Source of the DNA: Tepidisphaera sp.
GTDB lineage: Bacteria; Planctomycetota; Phycisphaerae; Phycisphaerales; UBA1924
NCBI GenBank assembly: GCA_050916045.1
Contig: CP051526.1
Span: forward strand, 3,104,001-3,168,000
Reading direction: 5' to 3'
Length of the DNA: 64,000 bases
Under the pieces are notes generated by a model. The model worked only from the letters and a program-made list of their open reading frames with translations, was not told where the DNA came from and did not search any database. Shown here one piece after another: positions 19,491 to 30,619 of the stretch (position 1 is its first letter; each line of letters starts with the position of its first letter). The translations under genes were made by a program, and so were the position numbers.

Positions 19491-20350
19491 GCACGCGTGC
19501 CACGACCGCCACGATCGGCCTCGCTTTCCTGCTCGCCGGGTGCGGAACACGCACGCCCGTGCCCACACCGACGGCTCCTGAGCCGCGACAGGCGGACGCC
19601 CCGCAACCCGCCACGCCCGCTCAAGCTCCCGCGATCGTCGAGCCTTCGCCAACCCCGCCCGCTCCGCCCACCACTCCCCAAGCGACTCCCAAAGCCGCTC
19701 CGCCCGTCCGCGAGGTCTTCCCCGGTGTCCGCCTCGACATCGCCAAGCGGGCCGTCGAATTTGACGGCGAGATCGCTCGCGGCATGGGCCAGGGCGCGCT
19801 CACGTACCTCGAGGTGCTGGCGTGCCGGCCGAACACGCGTGAGCATGAATCGGTCGTCATGGCGCAAGCGCTTCCGTCCCACCTGCACGCGGCGCTGCTT
19901 CTGGCGGGGGCGTTGCCGGGCAAGCCGGGCTCGTGGACCTGGGACAACGATGCCAAGACGCTCACGCCGCACCCGCCGGCGGGTGATGCTCTCATCGTGA
20001 CGGTCGCGTGGGAGCAGGACGGCACGAGGATCGTGAAGCCCCTCACCGACCTCGTCCAAAGCAAGAAGGACAACTCCACGCTCACCTCCACCCGCGAGGG
20101 TTTCGTCTTCGCGGGCTCGGCGTTTCTTCAGCGGCGGCCCGACCGGCCTTACGCCGCCGACGTCTCGGGCACGCTCATCGGGCTTTGCACGTTCGGCGAT
20201 GAGCCCGTGGCGTGGACGAAGATCATCAGCCACGAGGAGTCCGTCGAGGATCCCGCGTGGACGCTCAGCTCTGCCGCTCCACCCGCCGGAACCAAGGTCA
20301 TCGTCCGCATCGAACTCCCCGCCGACGCCGCGGCCAAGCCGGCCCGCTGA
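19487..20350 (+). CDS. YdjY-like domain lipoprotein
   Basis: LAGC lipobox, Pro-rich linker, LE..AC....EHES, LLLAG..PG, FVFAGS; ATGA overlap with murD. Confidence 0.75.
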   Translation: MSTRATTATIGLAFLLAGCGTRTPVPTPTAPEPRQADAPQPATPAQAPAIVEPSPTPPAPPTTPQATPKAAPPVREVFPGVRLDIAKRAVEFDGEIARGMGQGALTYLEVLACRPNTREHESVVMAQALPSHLHAALLLAGALPGKPGSWTWDNDAKTLTPHPPAGDALIVTVAWEQDGTRIVKPLTDLVQSKKDNSTLTSTREGFVFAGSAFLQRRPDRPYAADVSGTLIGLCTFGDEPVAWTKIISHEESVEDPAWTLSSAAPPAGTKVIVRIELPADAAAKPAR

Positions 20351-20406
20351 CCCCATCCGACAAGCCGCGACAAGCTGTCACACCCAACCCGTCGTATCAT
20401 CCTCCG

Positions 20407-20967
20407 GTGATCGCCGCACTATCCATCCTGATCCCCGTGCTCCTCGCGACAAGCGTGCAGCCGGGCTCGGACCAGCCCTGGCGAAGCAAGGACCTCAAGC
20501 CCGCCGGCGGAAGCGACGCGAGCACCCTCTCGCGCGGCCTCTCCAACGACACCAGCAGCGTCGATGACGGCATCGGGTTCGGAAAGGTCTACGAGCTCCC
20601 CCGCCGCCGCGGCGACCCGAGGCGCTTCGCCCGGTTCAACGGCGCGGTCGTCGCGGTCTTCCCCATGTCGACGTACGCGAGCACGCCATCGGGCGAGATT
20701 CCGACCATTCCGCCAGGCACCACCTACTACCTCGGAGCCGACTGGTTCCGACGCCTGACGTCTGACCCCGCGGCCGCCGACGCTCCCGGCCTCCTCGACG
20801 CCCACACCGGCGTCGACCAGTCCGTCCCAAGCCAGACCACCAACGCCGTCGATTCCCGCGCCAAGCCCAGAATCATCCGTGGCGACACCGAGGTCCGTGA
20901 GCCGCGCTCCATCTGGACCGACGAGACCTTCCGCAAGCAGCGACTCGACAGGCTCCTCGGCGGCTGA
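20407..20967 (+). CDS. Hypothetical exported protein
   Basis: GTG start 6 nt after TATCAT; hydrophobic N-terminus; host-like codon usage. Confidence 0.6.
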   Translation: MIAALSILIPVLLATSVQPGSDQPWRSKDLKPAGGSDASTLSRGLSNDTSSVDDGIGFGKVYELPRRRGDPRRFARFNGAVVAVFPMSTYASTPSGEIPTIPPGTTYYLGADWFRRLTSDPAAADAPGLLDAHTGVDQSVPSQTTNAVDSRAKPRIIRGDTEVREPRSIWTDETFRKQRLDRLLGG

Positions 20968-21007
20968 CCCGCCGCTTTGCCGGGCAAACATCGCGGCCGA
21001 ACGGCCC

Positions 21008-21044
21008 AAAAATGAACGACGCCCTCGGAAGGCCGAGAGCGTCG
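21008..21044 (-). terminator. Intrinsic terminator after tRNA-Gly
   Basis: cgacgctctcgg-cctt-ccgagggcgtcg followed by ttcattttt on minus strand. Confidence 0.7.
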
Positions 21045-21046
21045 AA

Positions 21047-21118
21047 AGCGGGCGACGAGGCTTGAACTCGTGACCTACGCGTTGGGAACGCGTCGCTCTA
21101 CCACTGAGCTACGCCCGC
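21047..21118 (-). tRNA. tRNA-Gly (anticodon CCC), CCA not encoded
   Basis: Minus strand gcgggcgtagctcagtggtagagcg acgcg-ttCCCaa-cgcgt aggtcacgagttcaagcctcgtcgcccgct; full cloverleaf; TATACT -10 upstream. Confidence 0.96.
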
Positions 21119-21168
21119 ATGCCCCGAGTATACGCGGTGAGCCGCGCCGGGGACAACCCTGCTGAATC

Positions 21169-21780
21169 TCAGCGAACCGGCGCCAGCGGGTCGGCTTCCG
21201 GAACCCCGGTCATCGACTCGCGGGTCCGCTTCACCAGCCCGAACCAGATCAGGCAGAACACCGGCCAGGCCACCGAAAGCGCGACCGTCAGCGCCGTCAT
21301 CACATTCTGGGCTCCGGCGCCCATCTGCGCGCCGCCCTGAGAAGCCCACTGGCTGTCGCCGTTGGCCTGCACCCACGCCTGAAGGTTGTTCTGGTACTGA
21401 ATCGCGAAGTAGGTGTACGCCGCCGTCCCGGCGATGCTCAGCACCGCGTAGACCAGGTGGGCGAGCCGGCCCGCCGACGAACGCTTGATCGTCAGGGCCC
21501 CCGCGATGATGAGGATGATCGTGACCACCACCCCGAACGCCAGCATGCCGATCATTGGGGGCGACGGGACCAGTTCCTTGGGAGCAGGACCCATCTGCTG
21601 CTCGGCCGCTTTGAGGATCTGCGGCATGAACATGAAGTACACCGTACCCATGCCTCCGCAGCACGTGCCAAGCGAACCCCAGATGATGCTCAGGATGCCC
21701 ACGATCTTCGGCCACTGAGGCACTTCGACGTAGACCTCTTCGTACGCGACCTGCGGCGCAGGATTCTGCATATCGCTCAT
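21169..21780 (-). CDS. Hypothetical 4-TM membrane protein
   Basis: GGAGGT SD; WPKIVGILSII...; four hydrophobic segments. Confidence 0.75.
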   Translation of the reverse strand: MSDMQNPAPQVAYEEVYVEVPQWPKIVGILSIIWGSLGTCCGGMGTVYFMFMPQILKAAEQQMGPAPKELVPSPPMIGMLAFGVVVTIILIIAGALTIKRSSAGRLAHLVYAVLSIAGTAAYTYFAIQYQNNLQAWVQANGDSQWASQGGAQMGAGAQNVMTALTVALSVAWPVFCLIWFGLVKRTRESMTGVPEADPLAPVR

Positions 21781-21889
21781 TGACCGTACCTCCACGAAGG
21801 AAAGACCCTCTCAAGCGGCCGATGGACCCTCCATCGAGCTCACTCCGCCCCCGGGGTCCGACAGCCTTCTGATCTACCGGTTCGCGGCT

Positions 21890-22927
21890 TCAAAGCTGCT
21901 GCAGGAACCGGATGTCGTTCTCGAACAGCATCCGGATGTCCGGGATCCCGTACTTGCCCATCGCAAGCCGCTCGATCCCGAACCCGAACGCAAACCCGCG
22001 CCATTCCTCGGGATCCACCCCGCACGCTTTCAGCACGTTCGGATGCACCATCCCGCAGCCGCCAAGCTCCATCCACCGCACCGGCTGCTCAGGCCGCAAG
22101 CGGATCTTCATGTCGAACTCCGCGCTCGGCTCGGTGAACGGGAAGAACGACGGCCGAAGCCGGACCTCCGCGTCCTTTCCGAAGTACGCCCGCGCGAAGT
22201 GAAGAAGCGTGCTCTTGAGATCCACCATCGAGACATCACGGTCCAGATACAAGCCTTCGATCTGGTGGAACATGAACGAGTGCGTCGCGTCCACGGTGTC
22301 GGGCCGGTAGACGCGGCCCGGCGCCACGATCTTGATCGGCGCCGTCAGCTTGCCTCCGCCCGCCGCGACCGCGGCTTCCATCACGCGGATCTGCACCGTG
22401 CTGGTCTGGCTGCGGAGCATGCGCGGCCGCGCCGAGGTCCGCGGATCATCGACGTAGAAGTTGTCGATGGGGTCGCGAGCGGGGTGTGCCGGGGGGATGT
22501 TGAGCTTGATGAAGTTGTGCTCGTCGTCCTCGAGCTCGGGCCCGTCGGCGACCTCGAACCCCATGCGGGCGAAGACCTCGCCAAGCTCATCGCGGACGCG
22601 GGTGATGATGTGCCGGCGACCCTGAGCCCAGGTCTGGACGAATCCGGGCTCGGTCACGTCGATCAGTTCGTCCGTCGAGGGCTTGTCGCCCAGGCTGGCC
22701 CGGCGGGATTCCAAAGCCTGCTCCAGCGCGGCCCGAGCGGCGTTCAGGGCAGCTCCCACCGACGGCTTCTGGTCCTTGGGCACGTCGCGAAGCTTCCCCA
22801 TCAGGTCGGCGAGGGGGCCGGACTTGCCCAGATTCGCGGCCTTCCAAGCGTCGAGCGCCGCGTGGTCGGCGGCGGCGGCCAGAGAGGCCAGCGAGGTGTC
22901 ACGGGCGGCGTTGATAGCGTCGAGCAT
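21890..22927 (-). CDS. pheS: Phenylalanine--tRNA ligase alpha subunit
   Basis: HPARD, LRSQTS, FHQIEG, FPFTEPS, GFAFGFGIERLAM. Confidence 0.97.
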   Translation of the reverse strand: MLDAINAARDTSLASLAAAADHAALDAWKAANLGKSGPLADLMGKLRDVPKDQKPSVGAALNAARAALEQALESRRASLGDKPSTDELIDVTEPGFVQTWAQGRRHIITRVRDELGEVFARMGFEVADGPELEDDEHNFIKLNIPPAHPARDPIDNFYVDDPRTSARPRMLRSQTSTVQIRVMEAAVAAGGGKLTAPIKIVAPGRVYRPDTVDATHSFMFHQIEGLYLDRDVSMVDLKSTLLHFARAYFGKDAEVRLRPSFFPFTEPSAEFDMKIRLRPEQPVRWMELGGCGMVHPNVLKACGVDPEEWRGFAFGFGIERLAMGKYGIPDIRMLFENDIRFLQQL

Positions 22928-22956
22928 GGGGACAAGCGTAGGGGGACGCGACCGCC

Positions 22957-22995
22957 AAAAACAAAGAACGCCCGCGTGCCGAAGCACACGGGCGT
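22957..22995 (-). terminator. Intrinsic terminator after small lipoprotein gene
   Basis: acgcccgtgtgc-ttcg-gcacgcgggcgt followed by tctttgtttt. Confidence 0.7.
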
Positions 22996-23027
22996 CATGG
23001 TTCGAACGTGGCTTTGCAGCCGCGGTC

Positions 23028-23273
23028 TTAGTTCATCTTCTTCTCGGTGCAGGAAGAAGAGGCGCTACAGCCGGCCTTCGCCGCGCCGCACTCTTTCTTC
23101 TCGCCGGCGACCATGCCCGGGGCCGCTTTGGCCTTGTCGGTGCAAGCGGCTTCGGAAGCGCAGCACTTCTTCTCGCCCGCGACCATGCCAGCGGAGGCAT
23201 CGGTCTTCGTGGAGGCGCAACCGGCAGCCATGGCAACAACACCGCAAACCGCAACAGCAAAGATACGCTTCAT
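23028..23273 (-). CDS. Small Cys-rich repeat lipoprotein (81 aa)
   Basis: AGGAG SD; MKRIF...AAGC lipobox; two GMVAGEKK repeats; 6 Cys beyond the lipidated Cys. Confidence 0.75.
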   Translation of the reverse strand: MKRIFAVAVCGVVAMAAGCASTKTDASAGMVAGEKKCCASEAACTDKAKAAPGMVAGEKKECGAAKAGCSASSSCTEKKMN

Positions 23274-23433
23274 CGGAAACTCCTGAACAGGTGTACACGG
23301 GGTGATCAATCCCCGCGAGGGCCGAGTTCCGCCCGGTCCACAAAGGACCAGCGCCCGGAACTCGGTCGGACGATCGTACACCGTTGGATGTCCAAAGGTT
23401 CGGTTGGGTTCCACAAGTTCGGCCGCGGGAATG

Positions 23434-23458
23434 AAAAAACCCCGGTGGAAGCCGGGGC
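23434..23458 (-). terminator. Intrinsic terminator ending the r-protein operon
   Basis: ccccgg-cttcca-ccgggg followed by tttttt downstream of rplQ. Confidence 0.8.
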
Positions 23459-23482
23459 TTGTTCTAGATCTGTAAGGTTTTC

Positions 23483-24106
23483 TCAGGCGGTCGCCGGGGC
23501 GTCCTTGCGGACCTTGGCGGCGAAAGCGGTCCGCTTGTCGGCCTTGCGGCGGCGGGTCGAAGCCTTGCCACCGATCTCCGGGCCCTCTTCGTTGCCGCAG
23601 AACTGCAGCAGGCAGAGCTCGGCGGCGTCACCGATGCGGTGGCGGCCGAGACGGATGATGCGGGTGTAGCCGCCGGCGCGATCGGCGAAACGCTTGGCGA
23701 CGTTCTCGACGATGTGGGCCGTGAGCGACGGGGCTTTGCGGACCTCGCCGAAGCGGTTGCGCTCAACCGTGGAGGAATCCGGGATGTCGAAGAAGCCCTT
23801 GGCGCGGTCGCGGAGGGTCTCGACGTGGGCGGTTTCCTGCTCGGTGGGCTTCTTGGGGAGGTAGATCCAGTCGAACGCCTTGCGGTCGCGGCCGAGCTTG
23901 GCGGCGATCGAGCGGCGGACGTGCTGGTTGTCCCCACGCTTGGCGAGGGTGACGATCTTCTCGACGAACGGCTGAACGCACTTGGCTTTCTGCTCCGTCG
24001 TCACGATCTGGCCGTGTTGGAACAGGGCGATCGCGAGGTTGCGAAGCGTCGACAGCCGGTGGGCAGTCGTACGACCAAGGCGGTATCCGGCTCTGCGGTG
24101 GCGCAT
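23483..24106 (-). CDS. rplQ: 50S ribosomal protein bL17 with internal insertion
   Basis: MRHRR...LGRT.AHR; R.GGYTRII; 207 aa. Confidence 0.95.
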   Translation of the reverse strand: MRHRRAGYRLGRTTAHRLSTLRNLAIALFQHGQIVTTEQKAKCVQPFVEKIVTLAKRGDNQHVRRSIAAKLGRDRKAFDWIYLPKKPTEQETAHVETLRDRAKGFFDIPDSSTVERNRFGEVRKAPSLTAHIVENVAKRFADRAGGYTRIIRLGRHRIGDAAELCLLQFCGNEEGPEIGGKASTRRRKADKRTAFAAKVRKDAPATA

Positions 24107-24239
24107 GACTCAAACTCCGAAACAGGGGGCGGGGTTTCCGTCCCCGAAAGACAGGTCGTGATGATAGGCCGCCATCGACCCCCCCACCACCGCCGCGAGA
24201 ACTTCTCGGGACGGGGGCGGGGCAACGTACAGAACCGAC

Positions 24240-25259
24240 TTACTGAGCCGGGATCTCCGGCTTGGTGACCGAGTAGCCGTCGGGCATCGACATGCCGAAG
24301 TCCAGGCCGATGTCCATGAGCTTGCGCTTGACTTCGCGGAGCGAGGTCTTGCCGAAGGACCGGAGCTTGAGGAGCTCGGGTTCGGTGAAGCTGACGAGCT
24401 GGGCCACCGTGTCGATGCGGGCGGATTCGAGGCAGTTGGACGCGCGGACGGAGAGGTCCAGGTCCGCGATGGGCATGTTGAGCTTGCGGATGAGGTCCTC
24501 ATCCACGCTCGCCGCCGCGGCCGCTTCCTCGGAGATGCGGTCCTCGCCCAGGTCGAAGTACTGGACGAAGGGGTTGAGGTGCTTGCGGAGGATCTTGCCG
24601 GCTTCGACGATCGACATCTCGGGCGTGATCGTGCCGTTGGTCCAGACCTCAAGCGTGAGCTTGTCGTAGTTGGTGCGCTGGCCGACGCGGGTTTCCTCGA
24701 TGCGGTAGCGGACGCGCTGGACCGGCGAGTAGAGGGCGTCGACGTGGATCAGGCCGACTTCCTGGTCCTCTTCCGTCGCGTAACGCTCGGAAGCGGGGAC
24801 GTAGCCGCGGCCCTTGCCGACGTGGAGCTCCATCTCGAACTCGATCTTGTCCGTCAGGGTCGCGATCACCAGGTCCTTGTTGAGGACGGTGATGGCGGTG
24901 TCGGCGGAGATCATGTCCGCGGTGACCTCGCCCGGACCGCGAGCGGCGAGCTTCATCGTCTTGGGCTCATCGCCCTCGAGCTTGACGATCAGGTTCTTGA
25001 CGTTGAGGACGATGTCGGTGACGTCTTCCATCACGCCGGGCATCGACTGGAACTCGTGCTGAGCACCCTTGATTTTGATCGCGGTGACCGACGCGCCCTC
25101 AAGCGAGGAGAGGAGCACGCGGCGGAGGGAGTTGCCGATCGTGGTTCCGAAACCACGCTCGAACGGCTCGACATAGAACCGGCCGTAGTTGGTGCCGGTG
25201 TAGCGAGGATCGGCGACCACGTGCGACGGGAGTTCAAGGCCACGCCAACGGTACCTCAT
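24240..25259 (-). CDS. rpoA: RNA polymerase subunit alpha
   Basis: EPFERGFGTTIGNSLRR, LSVRASNCL, FGKTSL. Confidence 0.98.
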   Translation of the reverse strand: MRYRWRGLELPSHVVADPRYTGTNYGRFYVEPFERGFGTTIGNSLRRVLLSSLEGASVTAIKIKGAQHEFQSMPGVMEDVTDIVLNVKNLIVKLEGDEPKTMKLAARGPGEVTADMISADTAITVLNKDLVIATLTDKIEFEMELHVGKGRGYVPASERYATEEDQEVGLIHVDALYSPVQRVRYRIEETRVGQRTNYDKLTLEVWTNGTITPEMSIVEAGKILRKHLNPFVQYFDLGEDRISEEAAAAASVDEDLIRKLNMPIADLDLSVRASNCLESARIDTVAQLVSFTEPELLKLRSFGKTSLREVKRKLMDIGLDFGMSMPDGYSVTKPEIPAQ

Positions 25260-25434
25260 GATGATGTCCCCTAAGCAGCAGACAGACCCGGACAGGACTT
25301 TCGCCACAATCGCGGTTCACGGCACGTTTCCGGCTCTGCTGAACAGCCTGGAACGACCTTCTGACCGGGGCGAACTCATGGGCGCTCACGCCCACGGCAA
25401 GCCGAGGGTGAGAGCGCGGAGACGGTTTCGAGCT

Positions 25435-25806
25435 TTAGACGCGGCGACGCTTCGCGGGGCGGCAGCCGTTGTGCGGGACCGGGGTGTGGTCCTCGATCGC
25501 GGTGACGCGGAGACCGGTGGAGACCAGGCCGTTGACGGCGCTCTCGCGACCGCCGCCGGCGCCGGTGATCCGGACCTCAACCTCGGACATGCCCATCTTG
25601 CGGACCTTCTGGCCGCAGGTTTCGGCGGCCCGGGTCGCGGCGAAGGGGGTGCTCTTGCGGCAGCCCTTGAACCCGATCGTGCCGGCCGAGTCCCACGCGA
25701 CCGTCTCGCCGTTCATGTCGGTGATGGTCACGATGGTGTTGTTGTTGGTCGCGCGGACGTGCGCGATGCCGCGAACCACGTTCTTCCGGATCTTGCCCTT
25801 GGACAT
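25435..25806 (-). CDS. rpsK: 30S ribosomal protein uS11
   Basis: NNTIVTITD, KSTPFAA, PHNGCRP. Confidence 0.98.
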   Translation of the reverse strand: MSKGKIRKNVVRGIAHVRATNNNTIVTITDMNGETVAWDSAGTIGFKGCRKSTPFAATRAAETCGQKVRKMGMSEVEVRITGAGGGRESAVNGLVSTGLRVTAIEDHTPVPHNGCRPAKRRRV

Positions 25807-25923
25807 CGATACCTCGCTGCGGATCCTCCGACACGATGTGTCGTCCCCGCGTGTGATGCTTCCGAATCGCGGGCGACGCTCCGGGTTTCACCCCTGGCTG
25901 ACGCCCGTGAACAATCCGACGGA

Positions 25924-26304
25924 TTACTTGGACTTGACCGACTTCTTGCCGGCCACGGTCTTCTTCTTGCCCTTGCGCGTGCGGGCGTTGGACTGCGTCC
26001 GCTGGCCACGCGTGGGAAGCCCCTTGCGGTGGCGATCGCCGCGGTAGGACTTGATGTCCTTCAGCCGCTGGATGTGCTGCTGCGTCTGGCGGCGGAGCGC
26101 ACCCTCCACGAGGTAGTTGGCGTCGATCAGCGCCGTGATCTGAGCCAGCTGCGTCTCAGAGACTTCGCTCGCCCTGGTCTCAGGGTTGATCTTCGCTTCG
26201 TCCAGAATCAGCTTGGCGACATGCTCGCCGATGCCGTGGATGTACTGAAGGGCGAAGAAGATCTTCTTCTTGTCCGGAACGTCGATACCCGCGATACGTG
26301 GCAC
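25924..26304 (-). CDS. rpsM: 30S ribosomal protein uS13
   Basis: PRIAGID, RGQRT..NARTRKG. Confidence 0.98.
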   Translation of the reverse strand: MPRIAGIDVPDKKKIFFALQYIHGIGEHVAKLILDEAKINPETRASEVSETQLAQITALIDANYLVEGALRRQTQQHIQRLKDIKSYRGDRHRKGLPTRGQRTQSNARTRKGKKKTVAGKKSVKSK

Positions 26305-26380
26305 GCCGAGGCTCCTCTAACGCTTGAACTTGGCCCGAGCCGACCCTGGGCCGGCGGACCGATGCGGTGAAAGACTGAAA

Positions 26381-26497
26381 TTAACCCTGGACCTGCTTGT
26401 GCTTGGGGTCGCTCTTGCAGATCACGCGGACCTTGCCTTTGCGACGAACGATCTGGCAAGCACCGCAAACCCGACGAACGCTGGCTTTGACCTTCAC
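26381..26497 (-). CDS. rpmJ: 50S ribosomal protein bL36 (Zn-binding form), below the ORF-track cutoff
   Basis: Manual translation [38 protein letters not shown]. Confidence 0.95.
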   Translation of the reverse strand: MKVKASVRRVCGACQIVRRKGKVRVICKSDPKHKQVQG

Positions 26498-26728
26498 GAT
26501 TCACCTTCCGTGCCGGTCAACCGGCGGTGAAACCGGCTTGGGATCGCTCCGTGCGCCGGTGTGGTGACTGATGAATCCCGGTTCGCCGCCGAACCGGGGA
26601 CAAGAGTGTACTCTAGACCTAAACCCACCCAAAGTCCCGCTCGGGACGCGACAAACTCTACACGAAAATCACACCGCCGACCGAGAGCCGCCCCAGACAC
26701 CCGAATCGGAACCCTCACAGAATCCAAA

Positions 26729-27007
26729 TCAAGGACGGGGCGGGGTATAGGTTGATCCCTGAGGAGGGGGCGGACCGCCGCCGCCGTGGCGGAAGGTGAT
26801 CCGTGCTTTGGACAGGTCGTAGGGGCTGATCTCCACCGTCACGCGGTCGCCGGGCAGGATGCGGATGTAGTTCATCCTCATCTTGCCCGAGACGTACGCG
26901 AGGACCTGCGTCTTTTGCTCGTTGGGCAGGCGGACCTTGAACATCGCGTTGGGCAATGCTTCGGTGACCTCTCCCTCGAACGTGAACTTGTCATCCTGTT
27001 TGCCCAT
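26729..27007 (-). CDS. infA: Translation initiation factor IF-1 with Gly/Pro tail
   Basis: [32 protein letters not shown]. Confidence 0.97.
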   Translation of the reverse strand: MGKQDDKFTFEGEVTEALPNAMFKVRLPNEQKTQVLAYVSGKMRMNYIRILPGDRVTVEISPYDLSKARITFRHGGGGPPPPQGSTYTPPRP

Positions 27008-27062
27008 AAGGCTTGCGCTTCTCCTGGTTCTTCGGCCGGCGATCATGCGCCGGCCGGGTTGG

Positions 27063-28442
<1,380 letters not shown>

Positions 28443-28629
28443 CGGACCGGACTCGTCCTTTCACCGCTCGCGACTCGCAGGCGGTTCAGAGAGGGGGCGT
28501 ACAAACGGGCCGTTCGGACCCCGAGGGTCCAAGAGGGCCGCAAAGCAAAGCGGGCGACCTGAGAAGGCCGCCCGCGGAGGTACCGTCGGACATCGTGTCC
28601 CAACCGGGCCACGACGGGCTTGACGAATG

Positions 28630-29259
28630 TTAGGCCTTCGCCGGCTTGGCCGGCTTCTTCTTGTCACCCGCTTCCGCGGCGGCTTCTTCGGCGGCCACAG
28701 GCTTCTTCTTCGCGCTGCGGTTCAGCTTCTTGGTAAGGTTCCTGGGCGGGTTCTCAGGGTTGTTGAGATCGACGCCGCGGACCTTGTCGCGACGGGTGCC
28801 CGTCTCGGTGAAGGAGCCGCCGGCCGCGGTGATCAGCTTCTTGGCGTTGGCCGAGATGCGCTGGGCGGTGACGTTGAGCTTGACCTTCAGGCCATCGTCG
28901 CCGATGTCGCCGAGGATCTTGAGGTTCTTGGAGCCATCGCGGATCAGACCCGCTTTGACCATCGTCTCGGTGTTGACGGTGCCGCCCTTGGAGAAATCGG
29001 GGTGGGACACGATCTCGGCGAGGTTGACGATCCAGAACTCGGTGCGGAACGCGGCGTTGGTGAAGCCGAACTTCGCCATGCGGCGGAAGAAGGGCATCTG
29101 GCCACCCTCGAACGAACGCTTGCCGGAGTAACCGGAGCGGGCGCCCTGGCCCTTGTGGCCGCGGCCGGACTGTTTACCGTGACCCGAACCCTCGCCGCGG
29201 CCCACGCGCTTGCGGGCTTTGTACTTTCCGGCGAGAACAGTCACATCGTGAATCATCAT
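28630..29259 (-). CDS. rplO: 50S ribosomal protein uL15 (C-terminally extended)
   Basis: RVGRG.GSG.GK..GRGHKGQ.AR, FEGGQMP. Confidence 0.97.
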   Translation of the reverse strand: MMIHDVTVLAGKYKARKRVGRGEGSGHGKQSGRGHKGQGARSGYSGKRSFEGGQMPFFRRMAKFGFTNAAFRTEFWIVNLAEIVSHPDFSKGGTVNTETMVKAGLIRDGSKNLKILGDIGDDGLKVKLNVTAQRISANAKKLITAAGGSFTETGTRRDKVRGVDLNNPENPPRNLTKKLNRSAKKKPVAAEEAAAEAGDKKKPAKPAKA

Positions 29260-29386
29260 GGCTTGGTGCTCCTGCGGTGCAGGTGAATCTGACTCTTGAA
29301 ACCGACCCCAACCTCAATCCCGACTTCAATTTCGGGCTCATTCGAAGTCGCGGGACACGTGAAACTCAGCGAACGGTACCGACGGC

Positions 29387-30121
29387 TTAGGCCTTGGGAG
29401 CCTCACCCGCCGGCGCGCCACCCTCAGGAGCCGCATCGCGACGCGGGCCACGACTGCCCTGGCCACCGCGACCGCCGCCGCCCTGACCGCCGCGGCCACC
29501 GCGACGCTCCTGGCCCAGGGTGTTGACGGGGCCCTTCATCTTCGCGCCCTTGCTGGCGGAGGTGAACTTCTTGCCGGCTTCGATCTTGTGCTCGATGTCG
29601 CTTTCGGAAAGCGTGATGCCGCGGCCGGAAGCGATCTCCTCGCGGGTCTTGAGCTGCTTGAGGCCGTCGAAGATCGCTTTCACGACGTTGAAAGCGTTCG
29701 TCGAGCCGTAGCACTTGGTGAGGCAGTCGGTGACGCCGAGAACTTCGAGCACCGAGCGGACCGTCGAACCGGCCACCACGCCCGTGCCGGGGCTGGCGGG
29801 GATGAGGCGGACCTTCGAGGGGCCGAAGGAACCTTCGACGGTGTGCGGGATCGTGCCGCCGGTCATCGGGACCTTGAAGAGGCCGTTCTTGGCGTACTTC
29901 TCGGCCTTCTCGACGGCGAGGGGCACTTCCTTGGACTTGCCGTACCCGTAGCCGACGCGACCCTGACGGTCACCGGCGACGACGAGGGCGCCGAAGGAGA
30001 ACCGGCGACCACCCTTGACGGTGGCGGACGTGCGGTACACGCCGATCGTGGTGTTGTTCACACCGCCGCGGTCTTCCTGGGTGAAGTTCGAATTGTTGGA
30101 CTTGCTGGGGGCTTGGCTCAT
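29387..30121 (-). CDS. rpsE: 30S ribosomal protein uS5 with RGG-rich tail
   Basis: VKGGRRFSF.ALVV.GD, PASPGTGVVAG. Confidence 0.97.
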   Translation of the reverse strand: MSQAPSKSNNSNFTQEDRGGVNNTTIGVYRTSATVKGGRRFSFGALVVAGDRQGRVGYGYGKSKEVPLAVEKAEKYAKNGLFKVPMTGGTIPHTVEGSFGPSKVRLIPASPGTGVVAGSTVRSVLEVLGVTDCLTKCYGSTNAFNVVKAIFDGLKQLKTREEIASGRGITLSESDIEHKIEAGKKFTSASKGAKMKGPVNTLGQERRGGRGGQGGGGRGGQGSRGPRRDAAPEGGAPAGEAPKA

Positions 30122-30178
30122 GGCTGCTCTCGTGCGTTCGGGCGTGTGGTCGGGAACGCGGTGGTGACTGATGAACTC

Positions 30179-30541
30179 TTAGAAACTCAGGCCGCCTTTG
30201 CGGGCCGCGTCGGCGAGGGCTTTCACGCGGCCGTGGAACTTGAACCCGCGGCGGTCAAACACCACGGCATTGACGCCCTTGGCTTTGGCCCGCTCGGCGA
30301 TCGCGACGCCGACCTTCTCGGCGGCGGCGGAGTTGCCGGTCTTCTCGAGGCCGAGCTTCTTCTCGACCGTGGAAGCGGAAGCGACCGTCTTGCCCGAGAG
30401 GTCGTCGATGACCTGGGCGTAGATGTGGTTGAGGGACTTGTAAACCGTGAGACGCGGACGCTCGGTCGTACCGCTGACCACACGGCGGGTGCGGACGATG
30501 CGGCGCTGACGACGGACGGCTTTGATGCTCTGCTTGTCCAT
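30179..30541 (-). CDS. rplR: 50S ribosomal protein uL18
   Basis: RPRL.V.KS..HIYAQ, FDR.G..FHGRV. Confidence 0.97.
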   Translation of the reverse strand: MDKQSIKAVRRQRRIVRTRRVVSGTTERPRLTVYKSLNHIYAQVIDDLSGKTVASASTVEKKLGLEKTGNSAAAEKVGVAIAERAKAKGVNAVVFDRRGFKFHGRVKALADAARKGGLSF

Positions 30542-30619
30542 ATTGATCTGCCTTGGCTCGTGCCTGCTCGGGCCTCGCGGGCCCGGTTTGTGCTCTTGAT
30601 CCTGACCTTAACCCGTCGT

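Noticed and set aside
21047..21118. tRNA-Gly as an integration site
   Set aside because: No integrase and no duplicate of the tRNA 3' end seen in the window
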